Source: a virus (Duplodnaviria; Caudoviricetes). From it: a stretch of 34,718 nucleotides of DNA. The stretch is from positions 1-34,718 of the IMG/VR virus record IMGVR_UViG_3300037327_000007, one strand, 5' to 3'. Of the stretch, positions 34,481 to 34,718 are shown piece by piece. Under the pieces are notes generated by a model that was given only the letters and a program-made list of their open reading frames with translations, ran no database searches and had not been told where the DNA came from. The translations under genes and the position numbers were made by a program. Position 1 is the first letter of the stretch, and every line of letters begins with the position of its first letter.

Positions 34481-34668
34481 CCCCCTTCAATCCCCCTCGC
34501 TTTTTTGAAAGTAGAATCCCCCTCGAAGCCCCCTCGAGCCCCCTCGAAAACGTGTTTCTATAGCTACAGGCGAGGGGGGTTGAAGGGGGGCTGAAGGGGG
34601 TGCGGGTAAATATGAATAAAACCCCCTCACCCCCCTCATCTCCATAGGAGAGGGGGGGGATGGGTTTT
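34481..34668. repeat. iterated CCCCCT(C/T) and inverted (G/A)AGGGGG tracts; probable replication origin
   Basis: at least 7 C5-6 and 4 G5-8 tracts; 18/19 inverted repeat at 34481-34499 and 34571-34589; directly downstream of the primase-helicase. Confidence 0.6.
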
Positions 34669-34718
34669 AATGAATCCGATGATTTTTTAAGAAAAAATAT
34701 GTTAGTGACTACTAACTT
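34592..34718. repeat. second copy of the 127-bp terminal overlap
   Basis: identical to 1-127. Confidence 0.9.

Overview
The window is an apparently complete, circularly assembled tailed-phage genome of about 34,591 bp. Bases 1-127 repeat exactly at 34592-34718, which looks like an assembly overlap. The architecture is podovirus/P22-like. The + strand late arm (about 0.7-23.1 kb) carries TerS, a PBSX/Terminase_3-type TerL, a long P22-like portal, scaffold, major capsid protein, head-tail adaptor, tail fibre and Gly-rich adhesin-like genes, a gp10/tail-tube-B-like protein, a cupin-SET fusion, four putative DNA-ejection proteins and a GH108 lysis cassette. The - strand early/replication arm (23.0-32.2 kb) carries an AAA_24/Sak4-like ATPase, DUF669-like SSB, Cas4-like exonuclease, SF2 helicase, VRR-NUC nuclease, a C5 DNA methyltransferase and small accessory ORFs. 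A divergent Cro-like HTH gene and a prim-pol/AAA primase-helicase are followed by a G/C-tract repeat region that is the probable origin. I recognised no integrase, CI-type repressor, DNA polymerase, tRNA or CRISPR array. The most notable observations are: (1) a SET-domain methyltransferase fused to a cupin among the virion/ejection genes; (2) a C5 methyltransferase split between two almost fully overlapping reading frames; (3) three accessory genes, each bracketed by direct repeats that duplicate the upstream gene's 3' end, RBS and start codon; (4) a covarying GNRA-hairpin motif in front of three consecutive head genes. All family assignments come from motif recognition and gene order, not from database searches.
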